From NCBI GenBank assembly GCA_003568945.1, contig BDIP01000049.1:1-36318 (forward strand): DNA of 36,318 nt, written 5' to 3'. The DNA comes from Kipferlia bialata (lineage: Eukaryota). Every line of letters starts with the position of its first letter. Position 1 is the first letter of the stretch. Below, one piece after another: positions 10,517 through 22,600 of the stretch. The notes under the pieces are model-generated. The model had not been told where the DNA came from. It ran no database searches and saw nothing but the letters and a program-made list of their open reading frames with translations. The position numbers and the translations under genes are program-made.

Positions 10517-13500
10517 TCACATATTAATCTCCATCAGCTCCTTGAGCCTCGCCTCATCCTGCCCGAAGGTGGGTAGGTACTTATGAGTCTTGAGTCAGTG
10601 CCATGTCCACAAGGGCACAGGGGCACCGTCTGTCTACCTTCTATGTATACCTACTGCAGCCTTCTCACAATCTCCTCGAATGTAGGCCGTCTGTCAGGGT
10701 TCACCTGAAGACACACCTTGGCCAGATCCACAAGAACCTTGGGGGCGTCCTTTGGTTAGAGACTCTAAGACATATAGAAGATACATGATAAGGTACAGTA
10801 TGTTCTGCTACCTTCTTGATGTATGGCTTCTTGAAGGAGAATGCCTCTCCCCTCTGTACCAGCCCAGCAATCATTAGCTCGTCTACATCGTGTAGGGGCT
10901 TGTATCCACTGATCATCTCCCAGAGTATCACGCCATAGCTCCAGACGTCAATCTTCTCCGTGAACTTGTAGTGTTGATTGAACATCTCAGGAGCAGAGTA
11001 CGCGGGGGTTCCCCTGTACCGCGAGCGTGTCTTGCTCTTGTAGGGGTTGTGTGGCTTGCTCAGTCCGAAGTCTGCTAGCCGGCAGTTCTGACCCATGACA
11101 TCAAGGAGAACCTGGAGGGTAAGAGGAGGTACAGTGACAGTGTTACGGTCTTTGAGGGTCGGTAGAGAGAGAGAGATACTTACGTTGGATGGCTTGAGGT
11201 CTCTGTGCTCCACTGGTGGGTCGCGCGAGTAGAGCTGGTGACAGCCGGAAGCGATCTGGAAGGCAAAGGAGTGGCGGAGGGTCCAGGACATCTTTCTGTT
11301 CTTGCTGTGAATGGCATCCCCCAGTGTGCCCCCCTTCATGTAATCCATTAGGAAACCCACTTGGGTCTCGGAGACCACAAGACAGTGGGTACTGACGATG
11401 TACTCACTGCCGAGGTCACGTCCCTGCTTGTACTCGAGAATGACGTCCTCGACCTCCTTGGGGCACATACCGTTGCCGTTCTCACCACGAGTACGGTCGA
11501 AAAGCTTGATGGCATACTCTGTCCCCTTCCAGGTAGCAAATGACACCTGAACCATGAGTCGACACACTATGCTCCAATAAAACTGACAATCGTATCACAG
11601 TATGATAATCCTACTGACCTCGGCGTAACCTCCCTGGCCTAGGGCATGTCCAATGTAGTCGAGTTCCTCGATGCGTATGCAATCCTAATAGTGAGAGAAA
11701 GAGTGCCTGTAACATGGTCATAATGAACTTTTCATGTTCAGCAGTATGTCTCTTGGCCCATATATATGGGCATATACGTATATACCTGTCTTGAGAGAAG
11801 TGACTCCGTGTCTGTCTGCACCGGCAGAGGGTACGAAGGTAGTGGAGCCTCAGGCCCCATCCCACCTACGTCTCCAAAGTGTCCCATGGGAGTCGGCGCC
11901 TTCATTGTGTGCATGGCATTAAGAAGGGCGTCCATAGTAATCTGCTAATGGTTAGAGGGATTATGTACTGGGTCACGTTTGGGACGATACAAACGATAAT
12001 AATACTTCCAGGGTGTCAACGCACGACGGTTGTCAGTACCTGCTCAGGTGGATTAGCCAAGAGAGACGCCTGGATCTTGACACGGCGGATGCAGCAGAAT
12101 GCCACTCCTAGCACGGTAAGGAGAAGGATCACATTCCCTCCAACCACAATCGCGCCAATGGTTGTCAGAGAGGGCCCGTCAGGCTCATTAGGTTCCTCTA
12201 CAATAGGAGCCGGTCCCACAATTACACTGAGTGTCACACTCCACACACCCTTGCTACTGTTGGCAGTAGACTCCAATACAAACTCTATGTCGTAGGTTCC
12301 AGGCTCCGGGATGGACATCGTCGTTGCGTCTGGAGTTAGGATCATAGGCTAGGATCAGTGATCTTATCTGGCTACAAACAATACCTGTAGCATACGCTGC
12401 ATGAGTAGTGTCCCACAGAGCAGTGCCTCTCCAGAGAGGAGTGTTATCGTCTCGGGACTGGATGCTAGCTGCTACAGCCAAACCAGGGGGCTCGAAAAGC
12501 ATGGGGTTACTGTACTCGTCGAACAGCTGGTGGTGAATGACAATTGGGTAACTATATGAAGAACCATGCAGGGCCCACCTCCAGCAAGACAGAGAATGGC
12601 TCTGTAGCAGCTGTGACAGATGGGTGAGTGAGGGCGATGGAACCGTATCTGGAGTCATACTCCGCCTGACGTAAGGAACCATAAACAAGAGTAAAGGGCA
12701 ACCCATAGCTGAAGATAGCTTGACGGGAGTCCTACCTGGGTACCAGTAGCACTACACTCTGCGGCTGATACTGCAACACTCCCTGTCTGAAGTAGAGTGC
12801 CCCTTCCAACGGCATTCAGAGGGGCAACAAAGACCTACGTATGAGGTGTAGTTGAGTTTTGGTAGGAAGGAGGGTATCTCTCCATGGGAAGATACCTCGT
12901 ATGATGTGGTTGCAGTGTCGACAAAGGATACCGGACAGTAGTAGAAGGCGCCGGAAGACTCAGTGAGGTAGGCGCAGGAGGACTCCACTCCCTCACAGAC
13001 CACAGTGGTGTCCAACACCTCGGAGTAACGGGAGGAAGTGGGGTCACTGACAACCACCTGTACTGTGGTCTGTTGTCATGTGTGTTATTGGATACATTTT
13101 CAGGAATTTGTATATCGGTTACACACATCCTACTCACCGTCTCGCCTGCCGTTACATGGATGCTGGATGGCATGACACTGCTCTCTGTGGCAGACACAAC
13201 CTGTGTCACAGTCAGGGTACCGGTACACACTGTACCAGTGTCCAATACAGCACTGACCCCATGGGACCCCACTATCTCAGTAGACCCAAAGGATACGTCG
13301 CCACAGTACACCAGGTCCCCTGTGACTATAGAGCCAAAAACGTCACACTCCACGCTGCTATCATGGCCCTGAGAATCGAGGTAGAGGAAGGCCGAGTGCT
13401 CATATGCATCTTGGTTTCCGTATGAGTCTGAGACACTGAAACACACAGTTGTGGGAAGGCCAGACACGACAAATTCGTTAAATGGAGTCAGCGTGGTTGG

Positions 13501-16500
13501 GGTGCCTGCCATCACATTGAAAGGGAACTGCAGTTCCACAGAGACGCTCAGGTGTCCGTTCTCTAGCGTTACCACAAGGCTGTGGGGGCCACTGAGAGAG
13601 GGGATCGCTAGAGTGGTCACATATCCCTGATCGATGATGTACGACACCGAATCCGTCGCCTCAGGGTCGGTCCTGTCGAATCCCACCTTTGCAGTAGGGG
13701 TGGTGAGGATGTTAGAGGACGCATCTCTGAGCAAGATTGTGAAGTGTGCAGTCCCGCCGGCCACACCCTCTAGAGTGGATACACTGGATGTGGCAGCATG
13801 GGGCACACCAGGGAGCAGGTGCAGCTCAGTGCAAAACCAAGAACCATCGGCCTCCGTGAGGTACACCCTGAAAAGCAGTCCCACTGTGTCGAAACTGGAG
13901 CTTGACAGAACGCCTGGGGGTCAGAAATACTCTCTTCCGATACTTTCCTACCAAACATTACGCGATCAGTCACATACCTGTCACGTATGCCGAGTCGCTC
14001 TCTGACCAGGTTACGGGACCAGTCCAGAGGTCTTGTGAGCTTGTAGGCCCCCTCACAAGGACAGTAAAGGAGAGATCAGAAGGGTTGGTAACGATGCGGT
14101 TGCCAAACTGGTCGAAGATCTGGGGTGACGTAATACTATTTGCGTCAAGAGAATTGTGTATATATAGTACAGTGGAATCCACCTTGAAGACGAGGGAGAA
14201 GGGGTCGTCGCTGGTGGCCGCTGCAGGGTATGTGTCTAGACTGTTCTCAACATAGAAGATTTGGGTCTCACTAGAACTGAAACTGACAGAGTCTACACTA
14301 AGCGCTAGGGCCACGTCTCCACCCAAGCTGGTGTTGCCCGTGTTGGACAAGACGAAGAGACATGTGTAGTCTCCACTTGTGTGTATGGTTGCTGGGTCTG
14401 TAGGTTAGAACAGGATGAAACGGTAAGAGCAGACATGCATACAATCATCCGGTACCTGTCACGTATCCCCAGACCGTGGGGTCCCAGACGGTGGACCCGG
14501 AGAAGAGAACTTCATCATAGTTGCCGCTGGGATGCACTGAGACCGAGACATCGAGGTCATTAGGCTCAGTCTCGGCTCTATTTCCGTAGTCGTCATACAC
14601 CTGTTAGGTCAGTAACTGGAACATGTGACCATACGTCACACTTCTACGTAGACTCGCTAGAACTGACGAAGTATCATACCTTCAGGTGGGTCACGAAGTT
14701 TCCTCCCTCAACGACCCTGGTCGGTACTGTGGCGACACAGTTACCTTCTGTGGTATACGCTGCCTGGCGGTAGAGAGGTCATATTGGACAACAGTTCTCA
14801 TTTGGCTATATACGATAGAGAAGGTGTGAAATAGGTATTGCATTGTTAAACATACTTGCGTTCCAACGGCAGTGGTGGGACCCGGTGACACCTGGACCAT
14901 ACCCGTCTTTAGAAGCATACTATGACCCCCAGAAACGGAGGCAGCTCTCACCTACCGTTAGATCATTGTGGCTCAAGAACATCGCAGAAGCACTTGAGTA
15001 TACATATTGCCATATACCTCGAAAGAAGAAGTCAACATGTCTGTGGCCAAAATGCTGCAGGAATAGAATGAGCCGTCGCCATCGGAAACATGGGCACATC
15101 CAAACTCGCGGCCCTCTGTGTGGAGTGTGACTAGTGCCTCACTGGTGAAGGGGTCACCTGCACTGTCCACGGTAAAGACACGTACACCACCCTAGTAGTG
15201 AGGCACTAGAGAGGTCAGATAGTTATCAGGAAGAGGTCTCGATGTAATTACCTGGGATCCGGCTGTGAGATGCAACGAGGCTGGTTCAACATAGCTCTGG
15301 GTGCTGGATACCAAGCTCGACGCAGTAACTTCTCCACTACAGTAGGAGCCGTCCTCTAGCACAGCGACTACGTCATGTGCACCCATCATAGGGGTGGACC
15401 CAAAGGAAACAGTAGCACTGTACACAAACACCCCGTTTTCGGCGGTCTCCCAGGTGCAAGGTACGTTGGATTGGAATCCAAAGTCACTGAGGAAGAGTAT
15501 GGCATCCTGCTCCTCAGTCAAAGGGTTTCCATACTCATCTGACACAGTGAATGTCAGAGCGGCATCTTGTCCCTCCACAAGGAAGTCGTTGAGAACAGTG
15601 AGGGTAGACGGAGTCCCCGAGGCTACTGTAAAGGGGAACTCAAGGCTTATGGGGACAGACAGGTGGCCGCCGGACAGGGATACTACCAGGGTGTGGGGGC
15701 CAGTGGTAGTGGGCAGTGTGAGGGTGGTACGGTACCCAACCCCAACAGTGTGTGTTAGCGCAGAGGCGTGGGGGTCAGGGGAGTCAAACGCCATCTTGGC
15801 GGTCAGAGTAGTCAGTACGTTGGAAACTGAGTCTCTAAGATCGAGAGTGACTGTAGTGGTACTACCGGCTCGTCCGTTGAGGGAGGACACAGTGGATGAA
15901 CCCAAGTGTGGGACACCAGGGATCACACTCAGATCAGCCTCAATCAGGGACCCCTCTGCCTCTGTGATAGACACTCTAAAGGTAGAGCCCCAGGTACCAA
16001 GGTCAGATATGGGCACCATGCCTGGAGGTTAAGGATACACTCTGTACGGACTATTTCTGAGTACCTGAGACGAACCCAGCGTCAGACTCAGACCATGCCA
16101 GTGGTCCAGTATAGACGTCGGGCCCCACGTTACTGTCGCCTCGAACAAGTACGTTGAAGGACACACCAGATGGACTGGAACTGATGTGGTTCCCATCATG
16201 ATCGAACACCTGAGTGAGAAGCAGATACGTATTTTGTAGACCTCAACAATATGATACGAGTCTCTCTCAAACCTTGAACACCAGTGAGAACGGATCGTCT
16301 GCAGTGGCGACAGCAGGGTAGGTATCGAGGCTATTGTCAAGGTAGTAGAGCTGGGTCTTTCTGGCACTGAAGTCCCCGGCAGTGACTAGCACATCACTCG
16401 ACATGAACTCAACTGGGGTAGACCCAGCATCGCTGGCTACAAGGATCTGATGTCAGAGAGCAAATGCCAGCATGTGGCTAGTATATATCACCAGTCACCT

Positions 16501-19481
16501 TGTATGATGTGGTTGAGACACTGGCGAAGACCATGGGACACTGGTAGGCCCGATACTCGTGGCTATACTCACAGCCGGTTTGCTTTCCCTCATAAGAAGC
16601 ATGCACTGACATAGCAGAAGCGAACCTAATACCAGTGGTATCCTTGAGGGCAACAAAGACAGAGACCTGGGGTGATGTACAGAATATAGAGAGGATTAGA
16701 AGAGTCGATCACTAGACTGGTATACAATACAATGGTGTCGTTTACCTCACTCATGGTCTGAGGAACGGCAGGTGTCATCTGGATGGTGCTCTCAGTGGAA
16801 GAGAGAGAGGTTCCGACCATGACAGTACCAGTCAGACTACCTGAGTCTCCCCACACTACTGACACACCATGTGACTCCGTGGCGAGGGATCCCTTAGACA
16901 TAGACACCTCATATCCACCCTCATATGGCGAGCAGAGAATCTTGGACCCAGCACCCTCCGCTGTGATGTATAGGTAGGGGGAGGCCTCAGGGTACTGGAT
17001 GTTACCAGACGCATCAAGCAGTGTGAACGTGATCAAGAGAAGTTCACTGCCAGCTGTTGTCACCACTGCTGCACTTGAAGTAACTTCAAGAATCACAGGA
17101 GGACCTATTGTCAGATATACTGCTGGATGCCGGAGTGATAGACATTAACAAAGACTGCATCTTTCATACCTGCGACAATGTAGAAGGGGAAGCTTAGCAC
17201 AGTCCCGTCTGGCACAGAGCCGGTGAGTGCGGCATACACCATGTGGGGGCCTGACTCTGTACCCAGAGTGAGGGTGGTCTGATACCCTACCCCAGCTGTG
17301 TGGGAGACGCCAGTGGATGAGAGGTCGGGGCTCCCTATGGTGATATGAGCAGTGATACCACTGGTGATATCATTGCCTGCGGCGTCCTTGAGTACCACTG
17401 CCAGGGTGACCGTCTCCCCAACGGTGCCAGAAAGCAGGGATATAGTGCAGTTGCCAAGACTGGGGACTCCGAACCCAACAGAGAAGGTGAGGGTGACAGA
17501 GGAAGACAGGTCGGAGGTGTCGGTAAACACTACAGAGTGAGCCCCGACTGACTCTAGCCGTAGAGGCGACAGACCCGTCCCAACCATGTAGGCACCCTGT
17601 TCCACAGACCAAGACGCGGGACCGAACCACAGTGGTGTGGTTGGTGAGAGGGGACCATACACTGATGCGGTGAATTGCAGGGACTCAACAGGGTTCGTGA
17701 CGTGGTTGGATCTCGCGTCAAACACCTGGGTTAGTCTAATTGTACAAATTGTAGACCGCGACACACATAACAAACCTGGAAAGCGATGGTCAGGGGGGAA
17801 TCTGTGGTGACTGTGGCAGGCAATGTGTTGGCTTGGTCACCCAGTGCAGTGTAGTGGGCCTGGAAGTAGGGTGATGTGGGACCCTACAATATAGTATGAG
17901 TATGGGGGAGGAGGCACACCTGGGTCCCTATGGCACTGTACTCAGGTACGTACACAGTCACCGCACCAGTGCCCAGATCGATCCTCTGGGAGGTGGCACA
18001 GGTAGCGTACACCTGGAAGGGAGTGGGTGACAATAATATTAGGAACATCGTGAATGTCCATGGGTATTATTGTATTATTTCGTACCTGGTATTCTGTGGT
18101 GGTAGTCTCCGTGAAGGTCATGGGGCAGGTGTGATAACCAGCGGCATTCAGAGCACACTCGACCTCACTAGTCTCCCACTCCACAGTGACAGTCATGGTG
18201 CTACGGCTGGTAGCCCCACCACCCGTTAGGAGAGTAAGAGCCACAGAAACCTTGGGTAAAGTGAGAAACTGTGAATAATACACAAGGGTCCCTGGTAGGG
18301 ACTCCCTACCTCAGTGTTTACTGGGGCATAGAGGGCTGACGGTGCTGCAGAAAAGGTAATTCCGTCATGAATAACGCAAATAGCAGCGGATGGGTACACA
18401 TATGCCCCTCCTGTGGTGCTGAATCCGTCGTGATTCATCATCATACCACCGATGAAAAGGCCCGTCGCAGACAGATCGAGGGAGGCTCCGTACACACTGT
18501 TGAGGGTAGGGGTGAGGCTGTAGGTGTCACTCCAGACCCCACTCTCCTCGTTTCTGTCATACACCGTGACCCGCTCTACGGTACTCACAGCCAGAGTGCC
18601 TCCCATCAGGGCAGTTTGGTAGAAGGACGCACCCTCCATAGTCTGCTCAACAGACCATGTGGTGCCATCAAAGCGCAGGATAATCATCTTCATGGCCTCG
18701 GAGTGGCCGTTCGAGATCACTACAGTGTCTCCGTCGACAGAGACCGAGCCACAGTATCCATGGGTACTCTTGGTCCACCCATGGTGGTACACAAAGGTGG
18801 GTGCGTAGTGCCACTCGGCCTCGTCGAGGTCGTAGATGTAGAGCTCATTGTTACTGACCACCGCACCCCACCGGGACCCCAAGGCCACCCCACTGTACTC
18901 ACGCAGGTCAGAGTACGAAGTGGGCTTTGTGAGACTAATGTAGTCCGACCACACACCACCGGACAGCTGGCTATACCTCACGTAGTCATAGCCACTGAAG
19001 ATGCAAGTGTCACCGTGGAGAGACATATGAGTTCCATCGTAGTTGGGTACACTTCCAGTGTCACAGTATCTCTGCCCGAAGACCCAGACATTGTCGATCA
19101 GCTCATAGAAGCGCACACAGCCAAAATCATAGTCACCGGGGGTTTCATGGCTACTACCAATGGCCATGTGTGTCCCATACACGCCAACACTGCAACCAAA
19201 CTTAGGTTCGTCGTAGAGGCGATCTGCGACTACTATCATGGAGTCCGCGGGTGCTGGGATTGTCTGGTGGGGCTTCCAGGAGTCGTCGCCGTTGGCATCA
19301 ACCACCCGGTGATAGACGTAGACACACCCCTTGTCATCGTTCTCTGCCCTTGCACCTATGACCAGCCAGTCTCCGTCACTGTCAATGGCGGCACCAGCCT
19401 CCGCACCCTCGTACTCTGTGGGGTATAGCTCTAGAGGGAACCCAGGTATCACACTGGCAGAGCCCTTGGGATCCATGGACA
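10517..19481 (-). CDS. Large single-pass receptor-like Ser/Thr kinase (TKL-like): FG-GAP-like propeller + repeated Ig-like modules + TM + kinase; multi-exon, N-terminus uncertain
   Basis: Exon ~18310-19481 has FG-GAP-like repeats (AIDSDGDWLVIGA, FGCSVGVYGTHMAIG, YGASLDLSATGLFIG). ~12200-18250 carries Thr/Ser/Val-rich beta modules with D-x-x-G/S-N motifs. TM segment IGAIVVGGNVILLLTVLGVAFCCIRRVK lies at ~12080-12165. Kinase exons read LGQGGYAE/VSFATWKGTEYAIK, HRDLKPSN, DFG, GTPAYSAPE, DVWSYGVILWE, /DAPKVLVDLAKVCLQVNPDRRPTFEEI/. A probable last exon THKYL...EINM* has its stop at 10517; an unspliced stop at 10651 is the alternative. Confidence 0.85.
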
Positions 19482-19575
19482 CTGACGTGAGTGGGTGGTA
19501 GGAGGGGGATATGCGGAAAGAAAGGAAAGGGGATTACACTTGTCTGGGAGTCCCTACACGCTCATTTGAGACAGC

Positions 19576-19646
19576 GGGGGAGGCGGGGGGGGGGGGGGGG
19601 GGGGCGCCCCCCCAAAAAAAAAAACCCCCCCCCCCCCCCCCCCCCC
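19576..19646. repeat. Poly-G / poly-A / poly-C tract (self-complementary G and C runs)
   Basis: G run, then gcgccccccc, an A run and a long C run, seen directly. Confidence 0.9.
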
Positions 19647-19685
19647 ACATATATATATGTATACATCACCCCACACCCCCCTCAC

Positions 19686-22600
19686 CTGTCCACCATCTTT
19701 CGACATATGTGCAGGTATGTTAGCGAAGACGTAATGTGCTCATCCACACCAGACATAAGACCAGCGACTGCAATCTGAGAGTAAGGTGCAATATGAAGAC
19801 TAGTACTTATACAACAATATATCCCTTCAATGACAAAAGAATAACAAGAACAAATGGGGTCATGTGAAGTGAGAGGAAGATTGTCTATTCATATCCTGCG
19901 TATATATGTCCACCAACCTGGAGAGATAGATACACCGCAAGTCTGTCTGCCTCCTTATTGACCTTGTTACGTCTGGTGGCATTGGCGGCATCTGGGTCAG
20001 TGTCAACACACAACACACAATGATATATGGAAATGTATACTAACACACATTACATCACAAATTGACAGATATCACCCAGTAGCCCCACAAACACTAGACC
20101 CTGACCAGTTGATGGTGCATACCTCCCTCCTTGAGATGCACTGCACTCATTGTCTTGAGACACTGCAGCGCACGGGTGTTGTTCTGTATTACAGACCCTG
20201 GTATAAACAATGAGGACACATACAAACCCAAACCAGAGAATCAGGGTCAGTGTATACAGAACACGATTGAGACAGTAGACATAGATGTCGTAGCAATACA
20301 TGCCACATATATCCGATTGAGAACCTCACATCCACCCACCACCCACCTACATCCCCTGCTGCCAAGAACACCTCACTGGATGCAATGACGGCCTCGAAGG
20401 CCTGACATCAGCATTGAGATGGGTATTCAGTGGATACAGTACATATACGGGCTGTGTATACAGTACAATACGCATATATGAAGAGCTATCAGAACGTACG
20501 AGTAACGGCATGTCACACGCTGGAAAGGAGACAGCCATAATGAATGCGAGTCTTGCAAAGGCAACAGCATCCCTTAGAGCCAGAGCCGGATCAGGCGGGG
20601 CTGGGGTTAGAGTCAGGTATGCTGGTATAACACTACAATACAATGTCTCCACAGTACGACTATATCAATAACAAGGTAAAGCAGAAATAGCAGTATCATA
20701 GGTACACCATAGAGCCATGGTGTAAGTACGAGTGCACCTACCTAACGAAGCATCGAGCGGGGAAAGAGGGTAGAATGCCGTAACTCCGTCCAGCAGAGGC
20801 ATGAAAAAAGCAGACGAGTGCCCAATGTGTACCCTGCGCCAATAGAAATTTGTCTCTATCTCTGGGTACGCATCGTCAGCACGGTCAAAGATAGCCTTAG
20901 CAAAGAGGTCTCTGGCCACTAGTGCCCTGGAGGTGAGGCTGATATGCTGGCTTCAATACTGTTATATATTACCGATATTGGACTAAAAAATATGATTCTG
21001 GAACATCAGAAAGAGACAGTACCCCTGTACTAAATGAGACCGCATATACAGGGACGACGCATGACACAACGGCATGACACAACAGCATGACACAACATCA
21101 TGTACCTGACGACACACATGTACATGAAGAACATGCGTTGCTGACTGGGACAGCCACTGGCCAGGAGAGACAGGTGGGCACCTGGAGAGTCAGACATCGG
21201 GTACGAATATGGACAATACACAAAAGAGATATCCAATTGGGTCAATATACATTAGGTATGTGCCTGGGCAGTGAGACATGTGATGAATAACAAGTGAAAC
21301 GGTAATCATAAGGGTAATCACAGCATGACAGTACTTGACACGAAGAGAAGCAGCTTCTAAAAGTATAGTGCACACACATATAGACCTTGTAACTATTCAA
21401 ACCCACTCTACAAATAGAACAGAGAGAGACCAACCACATGCACTGACACTCACCGCGGATGTCTCCCACGCGTCTCTGAGACAGGGCCAACCGGAACAGA
21501 CCGCTGGAGTGAGAGAGGGCACTGTGTTGCTAAGAGACGACCAAGACAGATATACAACCAGAAGTATATCAACACATGTTGATATGATACAATAGATACA
21601 CCGCCTACATGCAGACGCCGCTAATACAAAAGATACATGCATAGTATATATATACATCTATACATATATGCCCCAGTACCTAGACACAGACAGGTCGTGC
21701 AGGTTGGGCACCCTCATGCTAAGGATGGCACGTCTGGTGATCATACCCGCTATGCCTGTCGTTATACATGTATATGTATATATATCAGTATCAGTATCAT
21801 ATGAAGGTATACTAGTCTAGTACCTGTGAACCCTTCGACCGTGAGTGCCACTGCCTTGTGCAGAAGGACCCTGGGGTGACACTAGCGATACATACACATA
21901 CATACAACAACACACATACATACAGGACAGGGATATATGACACAGCACACACACTCTCAGCACATGATACCCACATGGAACCCCCACCACAGCAGTATAA
22001 GATGTGAATACAATATAGTACACATTCCACGTACCGCATTCCAGAGCGAAGTGCCACAATCCCAGCAGACGATGCATCATCAATACGGGCATCACAGGCC
22101 CTCTGACCACTGGATAGTGTATCAACACATGGTGTATCAATACCCTCTTCATTGTTCTTGGAATGGGTACTAACTGGAACAGAGTGGGTCGGCAAATGGG
22201 CTCTCTTCCTCACAGTCACTGAGGCCTGAATCAGTACGTATCTATCCATCCGTGTATCAATCCATCTATCTATCTAAATGTCGGTGAATAGCACACCGAC
22301 ATACAATAATCATACGCACATATATATCATTCACACCTCCAATCTACAACACGTTGCAAGCATAGATAATACAACGTACCTTGTTTGTAAACAGATAGTG
22401 GAGAACGGGGGCCAAAGGGGTGAGAGAAAAGCGACCAGTCTGGAGTTAGTAGAATATATATAAATATAGACCATCACTCCGATGTATGCAGTTAACCAGT
22501 ATGAATATGGCATTATTGACTCACACATTCATTATACCTTATTGCCATTTGTTAACAACTCTCCACTGTCCCCTCCTACTACAGTTCGAATTCTGGAGGC

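Noticed and set aside
10755..10770. In-frame TAA before kinase subdomain XI, suggesting a pseudogene or stop-codon reassignment
   Set aside because: The TAA is part of the intron branch motif (ctaaccaaag). Splicing at that AG restores the frame, and RPL22 ends in TAA, consistent with the standard code.
18367..19428. 353-aa plus-strand ORF
   Set aside because: It is the antisense shadow of the FG-GAP-like exon, with a His/Val-rich composition typical of reverse frames. The same applies to the plus-strand ORFs at 15394-16032 and 32361-33095.
19812..19863. MTPFVLVILLSLKG as the signal-peptide exon of the receptor kinase
   Set aside because: It lies within an intron between two phase-consistent exons of the upstream gene, and no convincing in-frame splice path to the kinase was found.
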